Below, one piece after another: positions 33,098 to 41,817 of a stretch of DNA of 51,347 nt (position 1 is the stretch's first letter; every line of letters starts with the position of its first letter). Position numbers and translations under genes: made by a program. The stretch is taken from contig CABROZ010000001.1 in NCBI GenBank assembly GCA_902472795.1, positions 1 through 51,347 on the forward strand. The letters run 5' to 3'. A model generated the notes under the pieces. It worked only from the letters and a program-made list of their open reading frames with translations, was not told the DNA's origin and ran no database searches. Origin of the DNA: an uncultured Bacteroides sp. Lineage in GTDB: Bacteria; Bacteroidota; Bacteroidia; Bacteroidales; Bacteroidaceae.

Positions 33098-36000
33098 TTA
33101 GAAAGTTACATTTAGACCAAATATATATTGGCGTGGTGTAGGATAAGAGTTCATATCGACACCCGGACGTAAACCGTCAAATGCAAAGCTGTTTACTTCA
33201 GGGTCATAACCACCGTAGTTAGTGATGATGAATGCGTTCTTTACAGATGCGAATACTGATGTATTCTGCAAACCAACTTTCTTCATCCACGATTTGGGCA
33301 GTACATAGTTCAATGTAATGTCTGAACATCTCAGGTAACTTCCGTCTTCTACATAACGGTCCATAACCATATTCTGTACAATGAAGTTGGAAGAAGGATA
33401 CAGGTTGGATTTATTTTCCGGAGTCCACATTCCTTCATAAGCTTTCTTTGATATCGTTCCGGCTTTGGTTCCCGGTGTGTTGATATAGCGGTTATTTACG
33501 TTGATGATGTCGCGGTCTTGTACTCCGGAGAATGAAGCTGAGAAGCTCAGATCTTTCCATGACAATGAAGTTTGGAAGCCGTATGTAAATCCGGGATTGG
33601 GATTACCGATAATGTTACGGTCAGAAGTGTCAATGGAGCCGTTGTCATCGAAGTCAACGAATTTTACGTCACCTGCTACCGGTTTCTGGCCTAATACGTT
33701 TTGATAATATCCGATGGTTCCATCCGGTTTGGTATATCTTACACCTTGGTCTGTGATGTCTTCTTCTTGTACGATACCTTGTGTTACGTAACCGAGGAAT
33801 AATCCCGGTTCCTCACCTTGCAAGAACACGTGGCCTACACCGAAATGGTCGCCGAGTGTATTACCGTAATAACCGATCCTTTCGCCTAAGCAGCCGAATT
33901 CAGTAGGAAGAAGTCCAAGGTTTACAATTTTACTCTTGTTCTTTCCAAAGTTACCGGTAACGCTCCATTTCCAATCTTTGGAGTCGATGATTTGTGCATT
34001 CAAAGTCAGTTCGACACCTTTGTTATCCAAAGAACCCTGGTTGTAGTATGTCGAAGAGAACCCGGCAGAACCCGGCAAGTTTCTTGAAATAAGCAAATCG
34101 TCAGTTCTCTTTACGTAGAAGTCGATTGTACCACTTAAGCGCGAGCGGAAGAGACCAAAGTCAATACCGGCATTCCAGGAAGAAGTCTTTTCCCAGGTCA
34201 GACCTGTATTCGGCAGGTTGGTAATGGTCAGTGTAGCCAGTTGGTTACCGGAACCATCAGCATAGTGGTTCGTTCCACCGCCGTACATTGAGAAGGTAGA
34301 GTAGGGATTGATACTCTGGTTACCCGTCACGCCATAGCTGACGCGAACTTTCAGCTGATTCAACCAGTTGATGTCTTTCATGAATTCTTCCTGCTCCATA
34401 CGCCATGCTAAAGAGGCTGATGGGAAGTAGCCCCAACGGTTACCTTTAGCAAACTTACTTGAACCATCGGCACGGAGAGATGCTGTTACCAGGTACTTGT
34501 CAAGGAATGACAGATTGATACGTCCTAAATAAGAAAGCAACTGATAATCGCGCTGTATCGGTTCCTGATGCTGTACGTTTCCCGCCATGTGGATACCGTT
34601 TTCTCTCAGGTCGAACATTGTAAATTGAGTTCCAATGACATTTTTGTTAAGGAACTTGTAAGCATCGTACGTCACACCTACCGTAGCATCCAAATTGGCG
34701 ATGCTACCAAGTTTGGTGTTGTAGTTCAACACGTTTTCAACAGAGTAATTGCTCTTGTTCAGGTCCGAAAGAGCCAAATATCCATTGTTGTTCATACCTT
34801 GATACAATTGCATACCATACCAACGGCTGCGATCGTTGATGTTCATATTACCACCTACACGCAGGTTGTATTGCAAGTTTTTCAGGATTTTCCATGACAA
34901 GTCCATACTCATGTTGAATGTCTTGTCGTTGGTTACGTCTTCATAGTCATTTAGCCAGCTGAAGATTGTGGTCTTTGTTTCTGCCTGGAACGACGGGTCG
35001 TCTTCGGGCATTTCGAAAGGAGCATAGTCCAATGCTGTACGTGAAATGGCTGTTGTTGATCCTCCAAGTGTGCTACCTCCGGCCATCATATTGTTCTGAC
35101 GGAGTGAGCCACTGAATGTCATGTTCAAATGAACGGTTTTCGACAGGTCCATACCAATGTTGGCACGCAAATCGCCTTGTTTCAGTCCGGTCTGTTTTAC
35201 GGTACCATTTATATCCTTGAAGTTGGCAGAAATATAGTAAGTCATCTTGTCGCTACCGCCATTCACAGAAACCGAGTAGTTTTGTGAGAAGGCCGACTGG
35301 TATATTTCTTTTTGCCAATTGCGATACTGGATCAGGTGATACGTCTCCGGATTGTTAGGATCGTATTTGGCTAAAGCGTCGTTATATACATATCTTACTT
35401 CATCGCCTACGATATAGAAGGGATATTGTCCGTTCGAAATGCGTGAATTGACATAGTTGGCATGTTCGTACAGGTTGGTCATTTCCATCAGGCGGGTAGG
35501 CTCGGCTATGGTGAAGTTGGCACTTACATTGACTTTGGCCTTTCCTTGTTTACCCTTTTTGGTCGTAATCAGGATGACACCGTTTGCACCGCGCGAACCG
35601 TAAATGGCTGTTGAAGAAGCATCCTTCAAGATGGTGATGTCTTCGATATCCGAGGGATTCAGTGCTGCGAGCGGATCCTGATTAATCTGGAAGTCTCCGC
35701 TGATACCCGATGAAGAAAATTCACCTGCTGATGCCTGCGGAACGTTATCGATAACGTATAATGGCTGGTTATCGCCGCGCAATGAGCTGGCTCCACGAAT
35801 GGTGATTGAGGAGGCGGCACCGACAGCCGAAGATGAAGAGCTAACTACAAGGCCGGCTACTTTACCCGACAACAGATTGTCGAGTGAACTGGCTTTAGAG
35901 GCATCGTTCGGGTCGGGACGCATGGTCGTCAAAGCGCCGGTCAAGTCACCTTTTCGGGCTGTACCATAACCTACGACAACCACTTCTTCCAGTGCCTGAG

Positions 36001-36304
36001 CATCTTCTTTCAGTTCTACATTAATAACAGTTTGATTACCTACTGTAATTTCTTGGGTAGAAAAACCGATAAAGGTGAATACCAATACGGATTTCGGTCC
36101 CTCCACTTTTAACGAATAGTTTCCGTTCAGGTCGGTAATGGTTCCTACCGTGGTACCTTTTACCTGAACATTTACACCAGGCATTCCTTCTTTTAAATTA
36201 TCCACTACTTTACCTGTAATGGTCTGCCCTTGAGCCAGTGCTCCAACTGAGAACACTAACATTGAAACCACACATAAACAGAAATACTTTAATTGTGCTT
36301 TCAT
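33098..36304 (-). CDS. susC: SusC/RagA TonB-dependent transporter
   Basis: LEEVVVVGYG, DIEDITILKDASSTAIYGSRGANGVILITTK, LTWEKT, terminal aromatic residue (..GLNVTF); start moved to ATG 36304. Confidence 0.96.
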   Translation of the reverse strand: MKAQLKYFCLCVVSMLVFSVGALAQGQTITGKVVDNLKEGMPGVNVQVKGTTVGTITDLNGNYSLKVEGPKSVLVFTFIGFSTQEITVGNQTVINVELKEDAQALEEVVVVGYGTARKGDLTGALTTMRPDPNDASKASSLDNLLSGKVAGLVVSSSSSAVGAASSITIRGASSLRGDNQPLYVIDNVPQASAGEFSSSGISGDFQINQDPLAALNPSDIEDITILKDASSTAIYGSRGANGVILITTKKGKQGKAKVNVSANFTIAEPTRLMEMTNLYEHANYVNSRISNGQYPFYIVGDEVRYVYNDALAKYDPNNPETYHLIQYRNWQKEIYQSAFSQNYSVSVNGGSDKMTYYISANFKDINGTVKQTGLKQGDLRANIGMDLSKTVHLNMTFSGSLRQNNMMAGGSTLGGSTTAISRTALDYAPFEMPEDDPSFQAETKTTIFSWLNDYEDVTNDKTFNMSMDLSWKILKNLQYNLRVGGNMNINDRSRWYGMQLYQGMNNNGYLALSDLNKSNYSVENVLNYNTKLGSIANLDATVGVTYDAYKFLNKNVIGTQFTMFDLRENGIHMAGNVQHQEPIQRDYQLLSYLGRINLSFLDKYLVTASLRADGSSKFAKGNRWGYFPSASLAWRMEQEEFMKDINWLNQLKVRVSYGVTGNQSINPYSTFSMYGGGTNHYADGSGNQLATLTITNLPNTGLTWEKTSSWNAGIDFGLFRSRLSGTIDFYVKRTDDLLISRNLPGSAGFSSTYYNQGSLDNKGVELTLNAQIIDSKDWKWSVTGNFGKNKSKIVNLGLLPTEFGCLGERIGYYGNTLGDHFGVGHVFLQGEEPGLFLGYVTQGIVQEEDITDQGVRYTKPDGTIGYYQNVLGQKPVAGDVKFVDFDDNGSIDTSDRNIIGNPNPGFTYGFQTSLSWKDLSFSASFSGVQDRDIINVNNRYINTPGTKAGTISKKAYEGMWTPENKSNLYPSSNFIVQNMVMDRYVEDGSYLRCSDITLNYVLPKSWMKKVGLQNTSVFASVKNAFIITNYGGYDPEVNSFAFDGLRPGVDMNSYPTPRQYIFGLNVTF

Positions 36305-36387
36305 TAATACTAAGTTTTTAGTTAAACATGAAATTGAGAACATTCATTTTTGTTTGTTTTTATTGTTTCTAAACGAAAATCACATTG

Positions 36388-36561
36388 CAAATTTACAATT
36401 GATTACTTTTGTTCACATCCGTAAATAACTATTTTACTTCCACTTTTGGCTAAGTAGTCATTATTAGTCGTTTATATGTTTGTTTTTGGAAGTTTCGCAG
36501 GCTTCCACTTTTGATTTTTCACTTCCACTTTTGACTATTTTCCGATATTTATATACCTTTG
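36388..36561. promoter_or_regulatory. Divergent susC/HTCS promoters with three CTTCCACTTTTG boxes
   Basis: -7 TAAATTTG (minus, 36388-36395) for susC; -7 TACCTTTG (36554-36561) with TTTG at 36530-36533 for HTCS; exact 12-mer at 36437, 36502, 36522. Confidence 0.7.
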
Positions 36562-36581
36562 TGTTAAGAAAAGGACCTGTT

Positions 36582-39500
36582 ATGAGAAATACATTACGAT
36601 ATATCTTTTTATTGTTAATCGTGTGCCTTACAATCGGAGATCAGTTGTATGCCACCAGTAACTATAGTTTCACCCAGATTGGTTTGCAACAGGGAATGCC
36701 TTCGTATGTCAATTATGTATTCGAGGAAAGTAATGGGGTCATCTGGTTGGATACGTCTAACGGGCTGATACGTTATGATGGCAAAGAACTGAAACATTAT
36801 ACAATTCCTCTGGTCGGTTCGGAGTATTCATATAGGCGAATCATGCAGATTGTTGAAGATAAAAACCGTCAGTTGTGGTTTCTGACAGTTAACGGACTTG
36901 CCAGATATTCGCGAGAGAATGACGAATTCTCATCCTGTTACTCAACCGACGGGCAGTTGGTCGTAGCAGGTGCGGTTTGTAAGATAGAAGACGGACTTAT
37001 TTTGGGGGCTACTGATCGGCTGTACAAGTATAGCTATGACTCCGGTAAGATTGATGTGTTTGCCGAGCTTCATTATAAAGATAATTTCTTGATACAAAGG
37101 ATGAAGTTTTGGGATTCGCATACATTGATTTGCTCCAATAGGGAAAAAGATATTCTGCTGTTCGATATTGATAGAAAGAAAGTGCAACCTGCTTTTTTCT
37201 CAGGAACCAATAATTTTGCAGATCTCTGCATCGACAATCAAGGATATTTATGGGTCACTGATTACAATAACGGCTTAAAAAGATTTGCAAGGGATGGCAG
37301 ACTCATTGCTCACTACACTACTCAGAACTCAGGGCTTAGTAGCGACCTGGTGCTGTGTGTTACATTGATAAACGGATGTATTTGGGCCGGTACAGATGGT
37401 GGTGGCATCAATATTATCAATCCGGATAATGAAAGCATACAGGTACTTGAACATGAATCAGGCAATATCCATACATTGCCTGTTAATACCATCCTGCATA
37501 TACATGGTAGCGAGAAGGGTAACAATGTATGGCTGGGTACGACACGAGGCGGATTGATAAATGTCAGAGAAACCAATATGGTTACTTTTTCCAGTGTAGC
37601 ATTGGGTAACAGGAAGGGGCTGAGCGAAAATACTGTTCTCTCGTTGTATCAGGAACCCGGCTCTCACGACATTTGGATAGGAACCGATGGTGGCGGAATC
37701 AATAAGTTGGATGAGGAACGGAATGAGATTCTGCATTATCCTACTACGTGGGGCGATAAAGTTGTGTCTATATGTGGATATTCGTCCTCAGAATTGCTTG
37801 TCTCCATTTTCTCAAAAGGCTTTTTCCTTTTCAATAAACATACGGGTGCAAAGCGTGCCTTTAGGTTAACGCAGAATAAGTTGAGTGACTATATCAAGTA
37901 CAGTCGTCTTTCGACTAATGTATATAATGAAACTGATGACGCCATTCTGTTGCTGACCAATCCGGTCACTCGTTATTACATTTCAACGGGCAGGACGGAA
38001 GAAGTTGTCAACGGCACTCCGGGAATACCACAGGGAATGCTTTGCAGCGCAGGTAGTGACAGTCTGTATTCTTACTTTCATAATACTCAAAATCTTTATA
38101 GAATACCGAAAGGCGGAAAACAACTCCAGTCTATGTTTCATTCCGATACGGCTTATTTCATAAATTCTGTTTCGTTAGATCAGAAGGGCACCTTTTGGAT
38201 TACGGGCAGTGAGGGCTTGTTTACTTTTAGGGAGGGTAAACTGGCACATATCGAAAGCTCGTTGTTTCGGGAGGCTAAGTCTGTCTTGTGCGACGAGAAT
38301 GGTTGTGTCTGGATTGGTGCAGGGCAGGATTTGTTTGCCTATCACCCCGAAGAGAAAAAATTCATATTGTATGGCGAGGCTGACGGATTGCTGAGGAATG
38401 AGTATTTGCAGAAACCTAAGCTCCTGTCCAACGCCCGGCGGGTTTATATGGGGGGAGTCAACGGGTTGCTTTGCATTGATGCTGCCGCCGACGAGCTGAA
38501 GCTGACTGACGAACGGGATGCCGAAGTGGTTCTTTTGGATTTCTCGGCCGGTGGCGAGAACCTGATGGGGCGATTGGATGATGGGAAGATATCGCTGCCG
38601 TGGAATTGCCGCAACATACAGTTGCGTTTTTTGGTCGAAGGAGATGATATCCTGCGTCCGCGTCTCCTCCATTATACGCTCGATAACCGACCGGAAAACG
38701 CAATTACGAGCTACGACACCGAGCTGAACATTCCTTCGTTGGCATCGGGCACTTATCCCATCCGTGTCAGCTATACGAAGAAAGACGGTGGCTGGTCGCA
38801 AAGCCAGAAGGTGCTTACATTGGTCATATTGCCGCCATGGTACAAATCCTGGTGGTTCATCACGCTGTTGGGCGTATTGTGTATGTTGCTTGTCTATTGG
38901 GCCATTGTTTCGGCTTTGCGTAAGAAAGACAACCGCATTAAATGGATGTTGAAGGAGCACGAACAGGCTATCTATGAGGAAAAGGTCCGATTCCTTATCA
39001 ACATCAGTCACGAACTGCGTACTCCGCTCACGTTGATATATGCGCCGCTGAAGAAGGTTATCGATTCCATTCAGCCAGCCGATCCTTATTTCAAGCAATT
39101 GAATATAGCCTTTAAGCAGGCACAACGGATGAAGGATCTTATCAGTATGGTACTCGATGCCAGGAAGATGGAAATGACCATGACCAAGTTGGACATACAA
39201 AGCTACGACCTGAACCAGTGGATCGAGGAAGTATGTGCTAATTTTGCCGACAGTGAGAGTGATACCAATAAAATAGAGTTGCAACTCGACGACAAGATAG
39301 GGCGGGTGGCTTTCGACAAGGAGAAGTGTATTGTCATTCTTTCCAATCTGTTGATGAATGCCATCAAACACAGTCCAGCTAAATCGCCTGTCCGTGTGCG
39401 TACCGAACGGACGGAAGACGGGCAGTATATCCGTATTTCAGTGTCCGACCAAGGTATCGGGTTGAAAAACGTCGATCCGGACAAGTTGTTTGTACGGTTC

Positions 39501-40538
39501 TATCAGGGAAATTCCGAACAGGGTGGAAGTGGCATCGGATTGTCGTACTCTAAGATTCTGGTCGAACTGCATAAGGGTAAAATCGGTGCTTACAACAATC
39601 CGGATAAGGGAGCGACTTTCTACTTCGAGTTGCCGCTCTCGCAGACTGTTGCCGGAGACATCCCGAAAAACAATGCCTACCTGAACGAACTGCTGTCGTC
39701 GCAGTCGTCCATCGATATCGCTATGCCTGACAAGGACAAAATAAGCAGTGTTCATCTGAAGGACTATGTGATATTGGTGGTGGACGACAACAAGGCCTTG
39801 GTTGACTACCTTGTTGATGACTTGAAGGAGTTGTTCAAGCGGGTCTTGGTGGCCTACGATGGTGAGCAGGCGTACAAGATAGCTTGCGAAGAGAATCCGG
39901 ACATCATTGTCAGTGATGTGATGATGCCGGTCATGAACGGATATGAGTTATGCAAGGCTGTCAAGGAAAATATTGCCGTTAGCCACATTCCCTTTATCCT
40001 GTTGACTGCCAGAAACGATGAGGCCAGTCGGCAGTATGGTTACATGCTGGGTGCCGACAGTTATCTGGAAAAACCGTTCGAAATGAAAGAACTGCTGGCA
40101 AAGATTGTCAATAAGCTCTATAACCGTGTGCAGACCCGTCGGCATTATCAGCAGGTGGGGAGTCAGCCTGTGCTTGGTGAGAATGATCTGACGAAGAAAG
40201 ATACCTCTTTTATGGACAAGCTGAACCAGATCATCGTGGACAATCTGGATAATACGGAGCTTGATATTCCTTTCCTGTGCAAGCAGATCGGCATGAGCCG
40301 TGCTTCGCTTTACAACAAGCTGAAGGCCATTACCGATATGGGTGCCAACGACTACATTAATAAGATCAGGATTGAGCAAGCCATGAAACTGATAGCGGAA
40401 GGTAATCTTAATTTTACTGAGATTTCGGAGAAAGTGGGTTTTGCTTCGGCACGCTATTTCAGTACTTCGTTCAAGCAATACACGGGGAAGACGCCTACCC
40501 AATATAAGAAAGAAGCAGAAGGCGGGCATTCTGTCTGA
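36582..40538 (+). CDS. Hybrid two-component system (beta-propeller sensor, Y_Y_Y, TM, HisKA/HATPase, REC, AraC HTH)
   Basis: IWIGTDGGG repeats, PPWYKSWW, ISHELRTPL, GSGIGL, SDVMMP, FKQYTGKTPTQY; start moved to ATG 36582. Confidence 0.96.
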   Translation: MRNTLRYIFLLLIVCLTIGDQLYATSNYSFTQIGLQQGMPSYVNYVFEESNGVIWLDTSNGLIRYDGKELKHYTIPLVGSEYSYRRIMQIVEDKNRQLWFLTVNGLARYSRENDEFSSCYSTDGQLVVAGAVCKIEDGLILGATDRLYKYSYDSGKIDVFAELHYKDNFLIQRMKFWDSHTLICSNREKDILLFDIDRKKVQPAFFSGTNNFADLCIDNQGYLWVTDYNNGLKRFARDGRLIAHYTTQNSGLSSDLVLCVTLINGCIWAGTDGGGINIINPDNESIQVLEHESGNIHTLPVNTILHIHGSEKGNNVWLGTTRGGLINVRETNMVTFSSVALGNRKGLSENTVLSLYQEPGSHDIWIGTDGGGINKLDEERNEILHYPTTWGDKVVSICGYSSSELLVSIFSKGFFLFNKHTGAKRAFRLTQNKLSDYIKYSRLSTNVYNETDDAILLLTNPVTRYYISTGRTEEVVNGTPGIPQGMLCSAGSDSLYSYFHNTQNLYRIPKGGKQLQSMFHSDTAYFINSVSLDQKGTFWITGSEGLFTFREGKLAHIESSLFREAKSVLCDENGCVWIGAGQDLFAYHPEEKKFILYGEADGLLRNEYLQKPKLLSNARRVYMGGVNGLLCIDAAADELKLTDERDAEVVLLDFSAGGENLMGRLDDGKISLPWNCRNIQLRFLVEGDDILRPRLLHYTLDNRPENAITSYDTELNIPSLASGTYPIRVSYTKKDGGWSQSQKVLTLVILPPWYKSWWFITLLGVLCMLLVYWAIVSALRKKDNRIKWMLKEHEQAIYEEKVRFLINISHELRTPLTLIYAPLKKVIDSIQPADPYFKQLNIAFKQAQRMKDLISMVLDARKMEMTMTKLDIQSYDLNQWIEEVCANFADSESDTNKIELQLDDKIGRVAFDKEKCIVILSNLLMNAIKHSPAKSPVRVRTERTEDGQYIRISVSDQGIGLKNVDPDKLFVRFYQGNSEQGGSGIGLSYSKILVELHKGKIGAYNNPDKGATFYFELPLSQTVAGDIPKNNAYLNELLSSQSSIDIAMPDKDKISSVHLKDYVILVVDDNKALVDYLVDDLKELFKRVLVAYDGEQAYKIACEENPDIIVSDVMMPVMNGYELCKAVKENIAVSHIPFILLTARNDEASRQYGYMLGADSYLEKPFEMKELLAKIVNKLYNRVQTRRHYQQVGSQPVLGENDLTKKDTSFMDKLNQIIVDNLDNTELDIPFLCKQIGMSRASLYNKLKAITDMGANDYINKIRIEQAMKLIAEGNLNFTEISEKVGFASARYFSTSFKQYTGKTPTQYKKEAEGGHSV

Positions 40539-40561
40539 TTCAGTCGGTTATTGTTTGCGGA

Positions 40562-40605
40562 TATTTTCCCAGTTGGAGAAATCTTTTTCCTTAACTGGGA
40601 AAATA
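40562..40605. terminator. Hairpin terminator after HTCS (possibly bidirectional with the tRNA)
   Basis: TATTTTCCCAGTT...AACTGGGAAAATA 13-bp stem. Confidence 0.7.
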
Positions 40606-40667
40606 ATTGGTGGGAATTTCGTTGTCGGATTGCAACATTCGGTGAGCCTGTGGCGCATTAAAAAGAA

Positions 40668-40741
40668 TTAGGCACAGACTACTCACCTTCCTGTCATTAT
40701 GAATAAATCTTCTGACTTCGAAGTGTGTATTCTGTGCCTAA
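40668..40741. repeat. Palindromic element, TTAGGCAC family (degenerate copy)
   Basis: TTAGGCACAGACTACTCAC...GTGTGTATTCTGTGCCTAA (17/19 inverted match); related to 51243-51320. Confidence 0.65.
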
Positions 40742-40793
40742 AAAAGACATTTTTCAAAAAGTGTCATTTAAAGGGCTGATTATTATATCTTTG

Positions 40794-40882
40794 CGGAAAG
40801 AGTGGGATTCAAACCCACGGAACAGCAAAAGCCGTTCGCCGGATTTCGAGTCCGGTCCATTCGATCACTCTGGCATCTTTCC
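40794..40882 (-). tRNA. tRNA-Ser (anticodon CGA), CCA not encoded
   Basis: Acceptor GGAAAGA/TCTTTCC, discriminator G, anticodon arm CCGGA-CTCGAAA-TCCGG, long variable arm, T arm GTGGG-TTTGAAT-CCCAC; -7 box TACCTTTG at 40898-40905 (minus). Confidence 0.93.
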
Positions 40883-41120
40883 TTCCTTTTGACGGTGCAA
40901 AGGTAAGATTTTCTTTTATTCGTTATACATTTCCCGCAGTTTTTTTGCGATTTTCTTTCTATTTCCTGCTTTGGGGGCTGATTGCCCGTGAGTGGATGTG
41001 GCTGTCGAGGTTCGTTTTTGGAGTCTGTTTGAGGAGAAAATGAACATTTTAGGCTGTATTGTTGTTCTTTTCTTCAGGATTATTCATATATTTGTTGCAA
41101 ATCCTTAAATAATTAGAGTT

Positions 41121-41705
41121 ATGAAAAAGTTTTTTGGTGTATTTTTAGTGGCCATCTGCTGCCTGGCAATGGCTACGCCTGCACAGGCGCAACTGTTGAA
41201 GTGGGGTCTGAAAGGCGGTGTGAACATGTCGAAGATAGATTGGGATGGTGGTGCTAAGGGGAATAAGGATAATAGTACCGGTTTCTTTATTGGTCCAATG
41301 GCTGAGCTGACAGTTCCGTTGATTGGTTTGGGCATTGATGGTGCGTTGATGTATTCGCAACGTGGTGAAAATGAATGGAAACAGCAGGGTATTGAAATTC
41401 CTGTCAATCTGAAATATACTATCGGCTTGGGTAGTATTTTGGGCGTTTATGTAGCTGCCGGACCGGACTTCTTCTTTAATTTCAAGGATACCAAGTGGGA
41501 AGGTTTCGATACGAAAGCTACGCAGGTAGGATTGAATATCGGTGCCGGTGTGAAATTGGTTCAGCACTTGCAGATCGGTGTAAACTATCAGATCCCTCTG
41601 GGTGACAGTTTCTCGTGGAAGGGTATTGGCGAAGCCATTAGCGATGAAATAGGTGGCAACGGAAAAACGAAAACCTGGCAGATTTCATTGGCTTATCTTT
41701 TCTAA
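41121..41705 (+). CDS. Outer-membrane beta-barrel protein (PorT/porin-like)
   Basis: Signal peptide AQA|Q, WGLKGGVN, IEIPVNLKY, terminal AYLF; -7 TATATTTG at 41087-41094. Confidence 0.85.
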   Translation: MKKFFGVFLVAICCLAMATPAQAQLLKWGLKGGVNMSKIDWDGGAKGNKDNSTGFFIGPMAELTVPLIGLGIDGALMYSQRGENEWKQQGIEIPVNLKYTIGLGSILGVYVAAGPDFFFNFKDTKWEGFDTKATQVGLNIGAGVKLVQHLQIGVNYQIPLGDSFSWKGIGEAISDEIGGNGKTKTWQISLAYLF

Positions 41706-41731
41706 AGAATATATTTTCCCTTATTGGGGGC

Positions 41732-41784
41732 GAGGGTGTATCAAATTAAAAGGAGACCGCAGTTTCTTAATTTGATACACCCTC
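41732..41784. repeat. Palindromic REP/MITE-like element, probably also the terminator of the beta-barrel gene
   Basis: Perfect 18-bp inverted repeat GAGGGTGTATCAAATTAA / TTAATTTGATACACCCTC followed by a T-rich tract; homologue at 51212. Confidence 0.75.
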
Positions 41785-41817
41785 TTTCTGTCTTTTTGTC
41801 GTATCTTTGTCGGCACG

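Noticed and set aside
36305..36581. Invertible (phase-variable) promoter for the PUL
   Set aside because: The repeats are direct, not inverted, and there is no recombinase nearby
40539..40793. Active integrative element at tRNA-Ser
   Set aside because: No integrase, transfer genes or visible att duplication in the window
40794..40882. tRNA pseudogene interpretation
   Set aside because: The two non-consensus bases are mutually compensatory, and stems and promoter are intact
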